A stretch of DNA of 56,086 nucleotides from Spirochaetales bacterium (GCA_012728215.1 JAAYFO010000111.1:1-56086), one strand, 5' to 3'. Counted from the first letter of the stretch, positions 45,162 through 53,920 are shown. Numbers and translations: made by a program. The notes: generated by a model not told the origin, from the letters alone.

Positions 45162-46517
45162 ATGACACAAGATAATATGATGGAATCCACCGGGAAGGAT
45201 CTCACAACCGGTGTGATCTGGAAACAGATATTGGTTTTCTTTGCCCCAGTGTTCCTCGGATCACTCTTTCAGCAGCTCTACAATGCCACAGATGCAATGA
45301 TAATTGGCCGTTTCGTCGGCAAGGAGGCACTTGCATCAATAGAATCAACTTCGGTGATCTGCAGGATGTTCGTCAACTTCTTCGTGGGAGTATCCTCTGG
45401 AGCCACGGTCGTCATCAGCCAGCATTATGGTGCAAAGGACGGCAAGAGTCTATCAGAGGCAGTTCATACGGCAATGACATTCGCAGGGATCGCAGGTCTT
45501 GCACTCTCAGTTCTATGCACGGTCTTTGTTCCATTTTTGCTGAGGATGATGAACATACCGGATGAGATATGGCAAAGGGCTGTCACCTATTCAAGAGTGT
45601 TCTTTGCCGGCAGCCTTGTCTCGCTCATCTACAACATGGGAACTGGGATTTTAAGGGCAATCGGGGATTCGAGGACTCCTTTCAACTATCTTGTCGTTTC
45701 CTGCCTTCTGAACATTGTTCTGGACTGCCTGTTCGTGCTGGTGTTCAAATGGGACGTGTTCGGAGTCGCCTTGGCCACAGTGATTGCACAGCTCGTCAGT
45801 GCGGTCCTGATCATCATGAAGCTGGCCAGACTTAAAGGAAACTGCCGACTGACGTTGAGCAAGCTTAAAATGGAGCCAGGTCAGCTCAAGAAGATAGTCA
45901 GGATCGGTATACCGATAGGTCTTCAGGGTCTTGCATACTCGATCACGAACATTCTCATCCAGTCGCATCTGAATGCATTTGGCACGAACGTGATCGCCAG
46001 CTGGGGAATATACGGAAAGATCGACAGTCTCGTCTGGATGATGCTGGAAGGTTTTGGAATTGCATCAGGGACCTTCGTGGCCCAGAACTATGGAGCCGGA
46101 AACTCAGGAAGAGTGCATAGAATTGTCAGGACATGCCTGTGGATGGGAATCGCAACGGTGTCAGGATATAGCATTCTACTGCTGTTTTTCTCCAGATACA
46201 TGGCATTGCTGTTCATCAATGACAAAGCTGTGATAGATCTCTGCTGCTGGATGGTCAGCGTGATTTCACCTTTCTATCTTACCTACTGCTTCACCGAAGT
46301 GCTTTCCGGTGCGATAAGAGGAACCGGAGAATCAATCGGGCCGATGGTCATCACCTTGATAGGCACCTGCCTGTTCAGAATCATATGGATGTTCACCGTA
46401 GTGCCAGAGCTTCCCGGCCTTCTGCCGATAATCATCCTGTATCCGATAACATGGATTCTCACATCCGCAATGCTTCTGATCTACTATTTCTCACGCAAGA
46501 AGCGTGGACTCATATGA
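45162..46517 (+). CDS. MATE family efflux transporter
   Basis: 12-TM profile and the N-terminal motif FFAPVFLGSLFQQLYNATDAMIIGRFVG. Confidence 0.9.
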   Translation: MTQDNMMESTGKDLTTGVIWKQILVFFAPVFLGSLFQQLYNATDAMIIGRFVGKEALASIESTSVICRMFVNFFVGVSSGATVVISQHYGAKDGKSLSEAVHTAMTFAGIAGLALSVLCTVFVPFLLRMMNIPDEIWQRAVTYSRVFFAGSLVSLIYNMGTGILRAIGDSRTPFNYLVVSCLLNIVLDCLFVLVFKWDVFGVALATVIAQLVSAVLIIMKLARLKGNCRLTLSKLKMEPGQLKKIVRIGIPIGLQGLAYSITNILIQSHLNAFGTNVIASWGIYGKIDSLVWMMLEGFGIASGTFVAQNYGAGNSGRVHRIVRTCLWMGIATVSGYSILLLFFSRYMALLFINDKAVIDLCCWMVSVISPFYLTYCFTEVLSGAIRGTGESIGPMVITLIGTCLFRIIWMFTVVPELPGLLPIIILYPITWILTSAMLLIYYFSRKKRGLI

Positions 46518-46586
46518 TGGAGGACCGATTCTGATGAAGTTGACCTCACGCCGCTTTTTCGTGATAATCAACCGGGGAGACAGATT

Positions 46587-47870
46587 ATGGACAAGTACGA
46601 TGCAATCATCATAGGAAGCGGTCCAGCCGGAATGGGTGCCGCCTTCAATCTCAGGAAGCAGTCTGACAAGCTGAGCATTCTGATTCTGGACAAGACGCAA
46701 TACTCCACAGGAGGAATGCGCAACGACTGCAAGATGAACTTCACTTATCCCATTGGATTTCCATGCGAATACTGGACCAAGGATGAGGCCGACAAGTATC
46801 TGGATATGGTCATCGAATTCCTCAATCCGACGATGCTGCCAAAGGCCAACATAGATATCTATCAGAAGCGTGCCGAACGTCTTGGATGCAGTCTGCTGGA
46901 TATCAGACAGACTCATCTGGGAACAGACGGCGGACTGCAGCTGATCAAGAAACTTTTGAAAAAGCTCGATGAACAGAAGGTTGAACTCGGTCTGGATGAG
47001 GAAATGCTGGACATAGATGCTGTCAATCACACGATAACAACGACAAGGCGGACAATCTGCTACAATGAGATTCTGATTGCCCCAGGTCGCCACGGATTCT
47101 TGTTCCTTCAGAAAATAATGAATTCAATGAACATACCGTTTGTAGACAACATCGTGGATATCGGATTCAGAATCGAGACCAGAATTGAGCATTATCCAAT
47201 CGTGAACGACTATTATGACCCCAAATTCTATTTCCCTGAAAAGGTCCGGACCTTCTGCACCAACAGCGGTAATGCCCATGTTGTCAAGGAGCGCTACATC
47301 ACGACAAGAGGTGACAGCTGGTATTCTCTCAACGGCCATGCATACTCTGCCGAAGCTGGTCACAACAATGGACTGGTGAACTTCGCCATCCTTAAGACAG
47401 TGCGTCTCACAGCGCCTCTTGCAAGCGGGCAGGTATATGCCGAGAACCTTGGACTTCAGGCTTCCCTTCTGGGAGGCGGCAAGCCAATCATGCAGAGAGT
47501 AGGAGACTTCCGACTGGGTTCCAGAAGCAAGGAAGACACATTCAACAACGACCTCTATGACTTCGAACCTTCTCAGCAGGGTTGCTGTCCCGGCGATGTC
47601 TCGCTGGTCTGCCCTGCCAAGATACTTCGTTCGATATGGAGCGCCATGAAGAATCTGGACACAATAGTGCCTGGCATTCTCCACCCTTCCACCATCATGT
47701 ACTATCCCGAAATCAAATTCTACGCAAACAAGCCGACATATCTGGATGCCAACTTCAAAGTCGCCGAAGGAGTGCATTTCGCCGGTGATGGAGCTGGAAC
47801 CAGCCGAGGCATAACCGGTGCATGGGCAAGCGGAATCAGAGCTTCACAGGGAATGCTCGAGACTCTTTAG
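46587..47870 (+). CDS. NAD(P)/FAD-dependent oxidoreductase (COG2509-like uncharacterised FAD protein)
   Basis: Dinucleotide motif YDAIIIGSGPAGMGAA and C-terminal GDGAGTSRGITGA. Confidence 0.75.
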   Translation: MDKYDAIIIGSGPAGMGAAFNLRKQSDKLSILILDKTQYSTGGMRNDCKMNFTYPIGFPCEYWTKDEADKYLDMVIEFLNPTMLPKANIDIYQKRAERLGCSLLDIRQTHLGTDGGLQLIKKLLKKLDEQKVELGLDEEMLDIDAVNHTITTTRRTICYNEILIAPGRHGFLFLQKIMNSMNIPFVDNIVDIGFRIETRIEHYPIVNDYYDPKFYFPEKVRTFCTNSGNAHVVKERYITTRGDSWYSLNGHAYSAEAGHNNGLVNFAILKTVRLTAPLASGQVYAENLGLQASLLGGGKPIMQRVGDFRLGSRSKEDTFNNDLYDFEPSQQGCCPGDVSLVCPAKILRSIWSAMKNLDTIVPGILHPSTIMYYPEIKFYANKPTYLDANFKVAEGVHFAGDGAGTSRGITGAWASGIRASQGMLETL

Positions 47871-48427
47871 CGATTCGTCTCAAGACTGTCAATGTAGGAA
47901 TCAAAGAACTCGACCATCGCCTTTGAACTCAGGGCTTCGATTTTCTTTTCCTCCAGCTTGCGCTCAAGAGCCTCAGCCTGAAGTCTGTAGGCTTCCTTGA
48001 GATTCTTCACAGGATAAGACATAAGAACCCATACGGTGCCGTCCTCGGCTATCCATTGAGCTTCCTTCTCCACCCCCCTCAGAGAAATGCTGACAGTCTG
48101 CACGCTCAGATACTCAAGCATCTCCAGAACCTGCGAATCACGGAGAGCTTCGCCTCCCTCTTCGGTGTAGGTGCTTACGGCACCATTGACGTTTGTCGAA
48201 GCCCATCGGGCAATCGCATCACGTGCGCCAGCTTCCGCTCTGATCGAACTGGTCTGAACAGATGAAAGCCTTGCTTCACCTACAGAATAGTAGACGCCAG
48301 GGGCATGAGGCACCTCGGTGGTCCATGCCGGAGAACCATCGGCATTCTTTTTATCCAGATTCACACAGCCCACCAAAAGGAGGGCGACAAAAATGATGAC
48401 AAGCATTTGTAATGTTCTGTTCTTCAT
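47867..48427 (-). CDS. Lipoprotein, possibly LPP20-like
   Basis: Lipobox LLLVGC. The mature domain GVYYSVGEARL...AEAGARDAIARW resembles LPP20-type lipoproteins (from memory). Confidence 0.55.
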   Translation of the reverse strand: MKNRTLQMLVIIFVALLLVGCVNLDKKNADGSPAWTTEVPHAPGVYYSVGEARLSSVQTSSIRAEAGARDAIARWASTNVNGAVSTYTEEGGEALRDSQVLEMLEYLSVQTVSISLRGVEKEAQWIAEDGTVWVLMSYPVKNLKEAYRLQAEALERKLEEKKIEALSSKAMVEFFDSYIDSLETNR

Positions 48428-48433
48428 AAGACG

Positions 48434-48442
48434 AATATATCA
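48434..48442 (-). promoter_or_regulatory. Extended -10 box 6 nt upstream of the lipoprotein ATG (leaderless candidate)
   Basis: On the minus strand: TGaTATATT, then cgtctt, then ATG at 48427. No Shine-Dalgarno. Confidence 0.35.
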
Positions 48443-48478
48443 CAACATCCCGACGATAGAAACACCTTCAGCCAAAGC

Positions 48479-49624
48479 TCAGGGATTGAGAGCCCTGGAC
48501 TGAAGGTGTTCCTCATAGGTCATGCTGTAATGAATCTGTCCAGTCTGATCATGTCTGTAGTACAAATAGTCCACTGATACTGGAAGAATCGCAGCCTCAA
48601 GCGTCTCCTTGCTTGGACAGCATATTCCAGTCGGTGGAAGACCAACCTTGCGACGAGTGTTGTAAGGGGTAAGTTCATCCAGGACCATCTGCGACAGCGG
48701 ATTGGACCAGTCTCCTATCTCATATCTGGTTGTGGCATCTATTCCCAAAGGCATCCCGCGTTCAAGCCTGTTATGGATTATCGCGCTGATCATCGGATAT
48801 TCCTCTTCATTCTTGGTTTCGGCCGATATCATGCTTGCAATCACAGCATAATCGGCAAGGCTCATTCCGCTTTTAGATACCGCAGTGAACAACGGTCTGG
48901 CAGCCTCCATGAAGCTCAGAGCCATCTGCTGGGCAAGCGATAAGGCAAACCCATCACCCCGTTTGACAACATACTCACCTGCAAGAAAGAAGCCTTCGGC
49001 AAAAGGCAGACCGTGCTTTTTCACAACTGACTGAACGGCAGTCTCAAAATCCCCTTCCTTGGCAAGGGAACGGGTTGCAAGCGCCTTGTCTATATCTGAA
49101 ATGGTCCACCCATTGAATATCCTTATCTGAAGGCCTGGCTCATCGACATCACCTGCCAAGCCAGTCCCGCCTGCTGACTGACTGGAGGTTTCAGAGCTGA
49201 TCGAGCCAGCATCCAAAAGCGAGGAATCACCTCCTGTGGAATCATTGACATGATCAAGAACAACAAGAAGCAAGGCAAGCACCAATGCCAGAGAGACGAT
49301 GAGATACCAGTACCAAGCCACGGCATGACCTGGCGAGGAATCTGATGCACTGGAGTCCACCACCACATACGAAGTACGTCTGGACACAGACCCGTGACTT
49401 GACGAGGGATCCACTGCGGTATTGCCCGAAGCCTTCGAAGCGCCATTGCGGGCACGTGCCGATGAGGGACCTGACTCAAAGACCTCCATTCTCTTGTGAG
49501 GAAGACGTCCTGCAGCAGATTTTCTCTGCAAAGAGGCCTTCGAGGAAGGAGGATTGGAACCGCCTTTATGACTGGAAGCCGTTGCCTTGCGTCGGGATTT
49601 CAATTCAGACTGTGAATCAGACAT
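48479..49624 (-). CDS. mltG: Endolytic murein transglycosylase MltG (YceG-like) with a long Ser/Pro/Arg-rich cytoplasmic N-terminus
   Basis: A single TM (WYWYLIVSLALVLALLLVVL) and a YceG domain ending LPPTGICCPSKETLEAAILP...YLYYRHDQTGQIHYSMTYEEH. The start MSDSQ at 49624 overlaps the upstream stop by 8 nt. The track ORF extends to 49702. Confidence 0.85.
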   Translation of the reverse strand: MSDSQSELKSRRKATASSHKGGSNPPSSKASLQRKSAAGRLPHKRMEVFESGPSSARARNGASKASGNTAVDPSSSHGSVSRRTSYVVVDSSASDSSPGHAVAWYWYLIVSLALVLALLLVVLDHVNDSTGGDSSLLDAGSISSETSSQSAGGTGLAGDVDEPGLQIRIFNGWTISDIDKALATRSLAKEGDFETAVQSVVKKHGLPFAEGFFLAGEYVVKRGDGFALSLAQQMALSFMEAARPLFTAVSKSGMSLADYAVIASMISAETKNEEEYPMISAIIHNRLERGMPLGIDATTRYEIGDWSNPLSQMVLDELTPYNTRRKVGLPPTGICCPSKETLEAAILPVSVDYLYYRHDQTGQIHYSMTYEEHLQSRALNP

Positions 49625-50720
49625 CTTTCGTTTCCTCTGCCAACGAACGAATAGCGGACTGCTGCACCTTGCATGAATCAATATTCTGCTGTTCGGAAGC
49701 AATCTTGCCGATCATATCCTTCTTCTGAAGCTCCAAGGCACCCATCTGATTGTCCAGATAATCTATTCTGTCTCTAAACTGGGCAATCCTTCCCTCACAT
49801 ATCTCAATGGCCTTGTCAAATGAAAGCAGTCTTGACTGAATCTGCTTGAGGTATATCCTCTTTTTCTGCTTCATGATTTCATCACAGCAGCTTATGATCT
49901 TTTCAGGGCAGCCCTGATTAAGCCATTGGTTCATGGATTCATTCAAAAAGGCTCCGTACTCCTCCTCCTTCCTGCAGGCAACGTCATCAAGACGGGCACA
50001 TTCAATCTCGAATTCCCTGACCTTCAGGTTGTTTACACCAGCACGCTGAGTTTCAATCGACGTTCTTGCGTTGGAAATCTTTTCGCTTCTTCTGCACAAT
50101 TCCGCTTCAAGGCTGGTCTTCATCCTATCGATGTTGTCCAGTTCCAGAAAGATTGCTTCCACTCTTGGTCCTGAAAGAAGCCTTGATGCACCGGATTCCA
50201 CAATCAGCCTTCCAACCTTGGCATATATTCCCTCAAGCCGTCTCGACATCGAGCCGCGTTTCCACGAACAGACAAGGCGAGAGAAGAAGTCAGTACCGCT
50301 TCCGGCAGGGTTTTTCTGTCTTCGGCGATATTGGCGGATGGCTTCCATGCAGTAATCAAGCTCATCGGGAAGGTTCCCGCTGTCAAATATTTCAGTCGTC
50401 ACAGCTCCGAGAACCGAAAGAAGCTTGATTCTCTGCGTCTCGATGTCCTGAATCCTGGTCCTGACCTTCCTGATTGTGCTTCCACTTTCATTTATCTCAT
50501 TCCAGGCATCCTTGAGACTTGCCAGGCGCTCACTGGCGGAATTGTATGCGTAGCGGGCAGCTCTGACTTGCCTCACCAATGCTTCATTCTCAGGAAAACG
50601 GGCATCGCCAGCCACGGCAATGGCTTCCTGCCCCAGCTTTTTATAGAGCCGCACCAGTTCTCTCTGCTCTTGTTCCGTCTCTTTGTGAAGAACTTCCATT
50701 TCTGTGAATATTGAAGACAT
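49617..50720 (-). CDS. Hypothetical cytoplasmic coiled-coil protein
   Basis: 367 aa, heptad-rich, no TM and no recognisable enzymatic motif. Translationally coupled to mltG. Confidence 0.6.
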   Translation of the reverse strand: MSSIFTEMEVLHKETEQEQRELVRLYKKLGQEAIAVAGDARFPENEALVRQVRAARYAYNSASERLASLKDAWNEINESGSTIRKVRTRIQDIETQRIKLLSVLGAVTTEIFDSGNLPDELDYCMEAIRQYRRRQKNPAGSGTDFFSRLVCSWKRGSMSRRLEGIYAKVGRLIVESGASRLLSGPRVEAIFLELDNIDRMKTSLEAELCRRSEKISNARTSIETQRAGVNNLKVREFEIECARLDDVACRKEEEYGAFLNESMNQWLNQGCPEKIISCCDEIMKQKKRIYLKQIQSRLLSFDKAIEICEGRIAQFRDRIDYLDNQMGALELQKKDMIGKIASEQQNIDSCKVQQSAIRSLAEETKDV

Positions 50721-50729
50721 CCTGAAATG

Positions 50730-50758
50730 ATACTAGCACAATATGGCTTCCTTGACAA
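50730..50758 (-). promoter_or_regulatory. Sigma-70-like promoter with extended -10, 9 nt from the coiled-coil gene ATG
   Basis: On the minus strand: TTGTCA (50753-50758), 17 nt, TGcTAGTAT (-10 at 50730-50735), then catttcagg, then ATG at 50720. Confidence 0.5.
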
Positions 50759-50780
50759 ACATCGGATAGATTAATATCCT
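50752..50780 (+). promoter_or_regulatory. Sigma-70-like promoter for the DbpA-domain gene
   Basis: TTGACA (50752-50757), 17 nt, TATCCT (50775-50780). The -35 overlaps the -35 of the divergent promoter. Confidence 0.5.
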
Positions 50781-50813
50781 AATAGAAAATACAAAGGAAA
50801 GAATTCTTTGATT

Positions 50814-52196
50814 ATGGAAAGATATGACAACAAATCAGAAAGCGGCAAAGCTACGGTAGACATACCGTGGGCATTCACTCTAAGCAGAGATTTCACAAGC
50901 AGACTGTCAAGCCTCGAGGCTCTCATAAAGGAGAGAATCATCAGGACTCCAGTCCAGAAGCGGACACTCTTCATAATGTCACCCTACTGCAAAGCCCAGG
51001 GGACGTTTGACAACCTTTGCTGCATCAACCAGGATGAATGGGACGATGCGGACTCCGACAGCATAGGCAATCCAGCCGTAAGCATTGGATCCTCACCCCA
51101 GAGAATCATCGACCACATCAGAAGAAATGATTTCGACCTGGATACTTTCGGACGAATCATGATATTTGACATCGGACTCGAAGAAGCGCAGCAGAGCATC
51201 TTCATCAACGACATCAGTTTCATTCTGGACAAAGTCAGGAACAGGACGATTGAAGTACATCTATTCACCGATCAGGAACAGCTTCCTTCTATATTTTCGG
51301 CTTCAGCTATCAGGAAGGACTGGAAGGAGCCGACAGAAAGACGCACGGGCAACGGCACGGAGCGGAATTTTTCTGACAAAGTCCCATACAAGGAGCGCAT
51401 ATCAATGCAGACAAAACGAAACGAGAAGCCTGAACCAGTATCCATGGAAGATAAGATCAAAGGCTACATGGATGAGATTCTGGCTTATCCACATCCGGAA
51501 GAACTGGAAGAAATCAAGAAGCTTATCAAGAAGAACATCCCACTGGGACACAGAACTTACTTCGCAGCTTATCTTCTGTTGAAATCCGGATACAACGGAC
51601 GCAGATCGGAAGGCAAACCTCAAAGAGAAAGAACCAACAGACAGGACAGAAGAGAAAGAACTGACAGACAGGATCGTCCGATGAGGAACGACAGACCAGA
51701 AAGAGCCCCAAGAGCAGACCGTTTTGAACAGGGATCAAGGTTTGAGAAGGGAGACAGACCTAGCCGTACAGACAGGCCGGAAAGACCTGAGCGCAAGCAG
51801 ATCGTGATTCCAGACAGCAAGAACTTCTACATCAATGTAGGATCCCAGGATAGAATGAATCCAAAGGCTCTCGCAGCATTCGTATCAGAAAACTGCGGAA
51901 TCCAGATGGAAGACGTCATGGCCATCTCAGTAAAGTCAACCTATTCGTTCTTCACTGTCAAAAACGACTTGGCAGACCAGATTGTTCCAGCACTTATCGA
52001 CAAGCCAATCGGAAAGAAAACTGTGAAAGTCAATCTTGCCAAGAGCAATCGCCAGCAGAACGGTCCTAAGGACTCAGATGATGCTGCACAGAATCAGGTT
52101 CCTGCCGAGACAGAACAGCTGACAGAGACCTCAGCACCTGCAGAGGCACCAGTCGCAGAAGCAGACGGCTATTCAGAGAACACTGACCAGGAATGA
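50814..52196 (+). CDS. DbpA RNA-binding-domain protein with a degenerate DEAD-box RecA1-like N-terminus and an Arg/Asp/Glu repeat linker
   Basis: The C-terminus KNFYINVGSQDRMNPKALAAFVSENCGIQMEDVMAISVKSTYSFFTV parallels the RBD of the helicase at 24662. The N-terminus has VQKRTLFIMSPY and IMIFDIGLEE...HLFTD where the helicase has VQAIILTPTREL, FVLDEADEML and SAT. Start at the ATG at 50814. The track uses a TTG at 50808. Confidence 0.65.
   Translation: MERYDNKSESGKATVDIPWAFTLSRDFTSRLSSLEALIKERIIRTPVQKRTLFIMSPYCKAQGTFDNLCCINQDEWDDADSDSIGNPAVSIGSSPQRIIDHIRRNDFDLDTFGRIMIFDIGLEEAQQSIFINDISFILDKVRNRTIEVHLFTDQEQLPSIFSASAIRKDWKEPTERRTGNGTERNFSDKVPYKERISMQTKRNEKPEPVSMEDKIKGYMDEILAYPHPEELEEIKKLIKKNIPLGHRTYFAAYLLLKSGYNGRRSEGKPQRERTNRQDRRERTDRQDRPMRNDRPERAPRADRFEQGSRFEKGDRPSRTDRPERPERKQIVIPDSKNFYINVGSQDRMNPKALAAFVSENCGIQMEDVMAISVKSTYSFFTVKNDLADQIVPALIDKPIGKKTVKVNLAKSNRQQNGPKDSDDAAQNQVPAETEQLTETSAPAEAPVAEADGYSENTDQE
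51624..51677 (+). repeat. 27-nt imperfect tandem repeat (2 copies, degenerating downstream) encoding RERTNRQDR/RERTDRQDR
   Basis: agagaaagaaccaacagacaggacaga (51624-51650) versus agagaaagaactgacagacaggatcgt (51651-51677). Confidence 0.8.
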
Positions 52197-52816
52197 CAGA
52201 AATGAAGATCGACAGGTACGAAGTCGGACCAATAGGAACAAACTGCTATGTCCTCCACTGTACTGACGATCTTGTCATAATGATAGATCCAGGTGACGAA
52301 GCCCAGGTTATTACCCGAGGACTCGACCACCTGGATTTCATTTTGCTTACCCATGCCCACTGGGATCACATGCTGGCTCTGACTGAAGTGGCAGACAGGT
52401 TCCCGATGGCAAAGGTAGGCATCCATCCAGATGCACTCTATTCGCTCCAGGATCAGTTAAGTCTTCTGAAATCCTGCGGAGCAATGTTCCGTCAATACAG
52501 CGACAGGTTTGCATCTCTTCCAGCGCCTGACATCAAATTCCAGGAGGATTCAATGATCGGTCCCTTGAAGGTGCTGCATACGCCAGGTCATTCTCCAGGA
52601 TCAGTATGCTACTGGAATCAGGAAGACAAGGTTCTTTTTTCCGGAGACACGCTTTTTGCCGATGGATATGGCCGAACCGATCTCCTCGGAGGCTCAGAAA
52701 AACAGATCTGCGAATCACTGTTCTGGATATCACGGAAAATCCCATCTGGCACAAGGCTTCTTCCAGGTCATGGCGAGGCTTCGACTGTAGGAAAGGCATG
52801 CAGCCTTATTTTCTAA
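52193..52816 (+). CDS. MBL-fold metallo-hydrolase (glyoxalase II-like)
   Basis: THAHWDH motif and HTPGHSPGS. ATGA overlap with the upstream gene. Confidence 0.85.
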   Translation: MTEMKIDRYEVGPIGTNCYVLHCTDDLVIMIDPGDEAQVITRGLDHLDFILLTHAHWDHMLALTEVADRFPMAKVGIHPDALYSLQDQLSLLKSCGAMFRQYSDRFASLPAPDIKFQEDSMIGPLKVLHTPGHSPGSVCYWNQEDKVLFSGDTLFADGYGRTDLLGGSEKQICESLFWISRKIPSGTRLLPGHGEASTVGKACSLIF

Positions 52817-53864
52817 GGTCGCTCATCAGAACTGCATATCGCTGATAAGGTTCGAGATTGGCAAGAATCATCTGAATCAGACTCATCAACGGCACAGCAA
52901 TGAACATCCCCGGAAGTCCCCATATGTAACCACCGAAGACAAGGGAAATCAGAATGAATGCCGGACTGAGATTCAAGTAGCTCTTCTTGGCCTTTCGTCC
53001 TATGAGCGATACAAACAGGACTTCCACGCCTATGCATAGAAACAGCATCATGAAGAACCTTCCCCAGTTTGGAAAGGACTGAAGCAGGCCGAACATACTT
53101 GCAATGCAGACCGACAGCACAGGCCCTATGGCCGGAATGAAGTTGAACAGCATCGCCAGTACAGCACATGCAAGTGACATGTCGAGGTTTGAGACTTCGC
53201 CGATTATGAAATAGGAAATTCCGGTGAGCAGGCAGATCAGTGCCTTTCGCCCCACAAAGCGTGAAAGCTGGGAATTGGTCTTTTCAAGGAACTGTCGCAT
53301 CTTCGTGTCACTGGCACTGTTGCGGGAGAACGCTAGAAACTTGTTCTCAAGCGTATTGCTTTCCAGAAGCAGGAAGAAGTCGAACAGGAAGATCATCATG
53401 ACAGCCTTGCCAATACGCACAACCTGCGATGATGCACGGCCCAAAGCGGATGAAATCAAATCAAACCAAGGAATCTCAAATGACTGAAGAAAAGACAGCA
53501 GGTCCTCGTCCTTGACTACCTCTGCCAGAAACACGTCAAGGCTCTGATTCAGTGCCTTGAATCTTGCCTCATAGGCAGGGAACTTGTTTATCAGCTGCTG
53601 GATTGAGATGGTGGCAAAGAAACCTAGAAAAGCTACAACTACCACCAGAAGCAGAAGGCAGACAATGACAATTACGAGATTTCCCATTCCCGCCTTTCTC
53701 ATCAGATTCACAAGAGGCAGCAGAAGCATGTATGCGAGCAAGGCAATCGTGACTGGGAGCAGAATGTCCCGGGCAAAACGAAAAGCCATGGCTACGACTG
53801 CAAAAGCCAGGAAATGAAGGCATATCTTGATGATTCTTGCATTTCTTTGGTCGGTCTCTGTCAT
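52806..53864 (-). CDS. AI-2E family transporter (PerM/UPF0118)
   Basis: Polytopic membrane protein with a typical AI-2E C-terminal region (GLPGMFIAVPL). Confidence 0.8.
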   Translation of the reverse strand: MTETDQRNARIIKICLHFLAFAVVAMAFRFARDILLPVTIALLAYMLLLPLVNLMRKAGMGNLVIVIVCLLLLVVVVAFLGFFATISIQQLINKFPAYEARFKALNQSLDVFLAEVVKDEDLLSFLQSFEIPWFDLISSALGRASSQVVRIGKAVMMIFLFDFFLLLESNTLENKFLAFSRNSASDTKMRQFLEKTNSQLSRFVGRKALICLLTGISYFIIGEVSNLDMSLACAVLAMLFNFIPAIGPVLSVCIASMFGLLQSFPNWGRFFMMLFLCIGVEVLFVSLIGRKAKKSYLNLSPAFILISLVFGGYIWGLPGMFIAVPLMSLIQMILANLEPYQRYAVLMSDLRK

Positions 53865-53871
53865 GTAATCG

Positions 53872-53900
53872 AGGATAAACCCTATTCAACATAAAGGCAA
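53872..53900 (-). promoter_or_regulatory. Promoter-like element 7 nt upstream of the AI-2E ATG (leaderless candidate)
   Basis: On the minus strand: TTGCCT (53895-53900), 17 nt, TATCCT (53872-53877), then cgattac, then ATG at 53864. Confidence 0.4.
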
Positions 53901-53913
53901 GAAGTGATAATCT
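53885..53913 (+). promoter_or_regulatory. Extended -10 promoter-like element 7 nt upstream of the methyltransferase ATG (leaderless candidate)
   Basis: TTCAAC (53885-53890), 17 nt, TGaTAATCT (hexamer at 53908-53913), then ggattat, then ATG at 53921. Confidence 0.35.
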
Positions 53914-53920
53914 GGATTAT

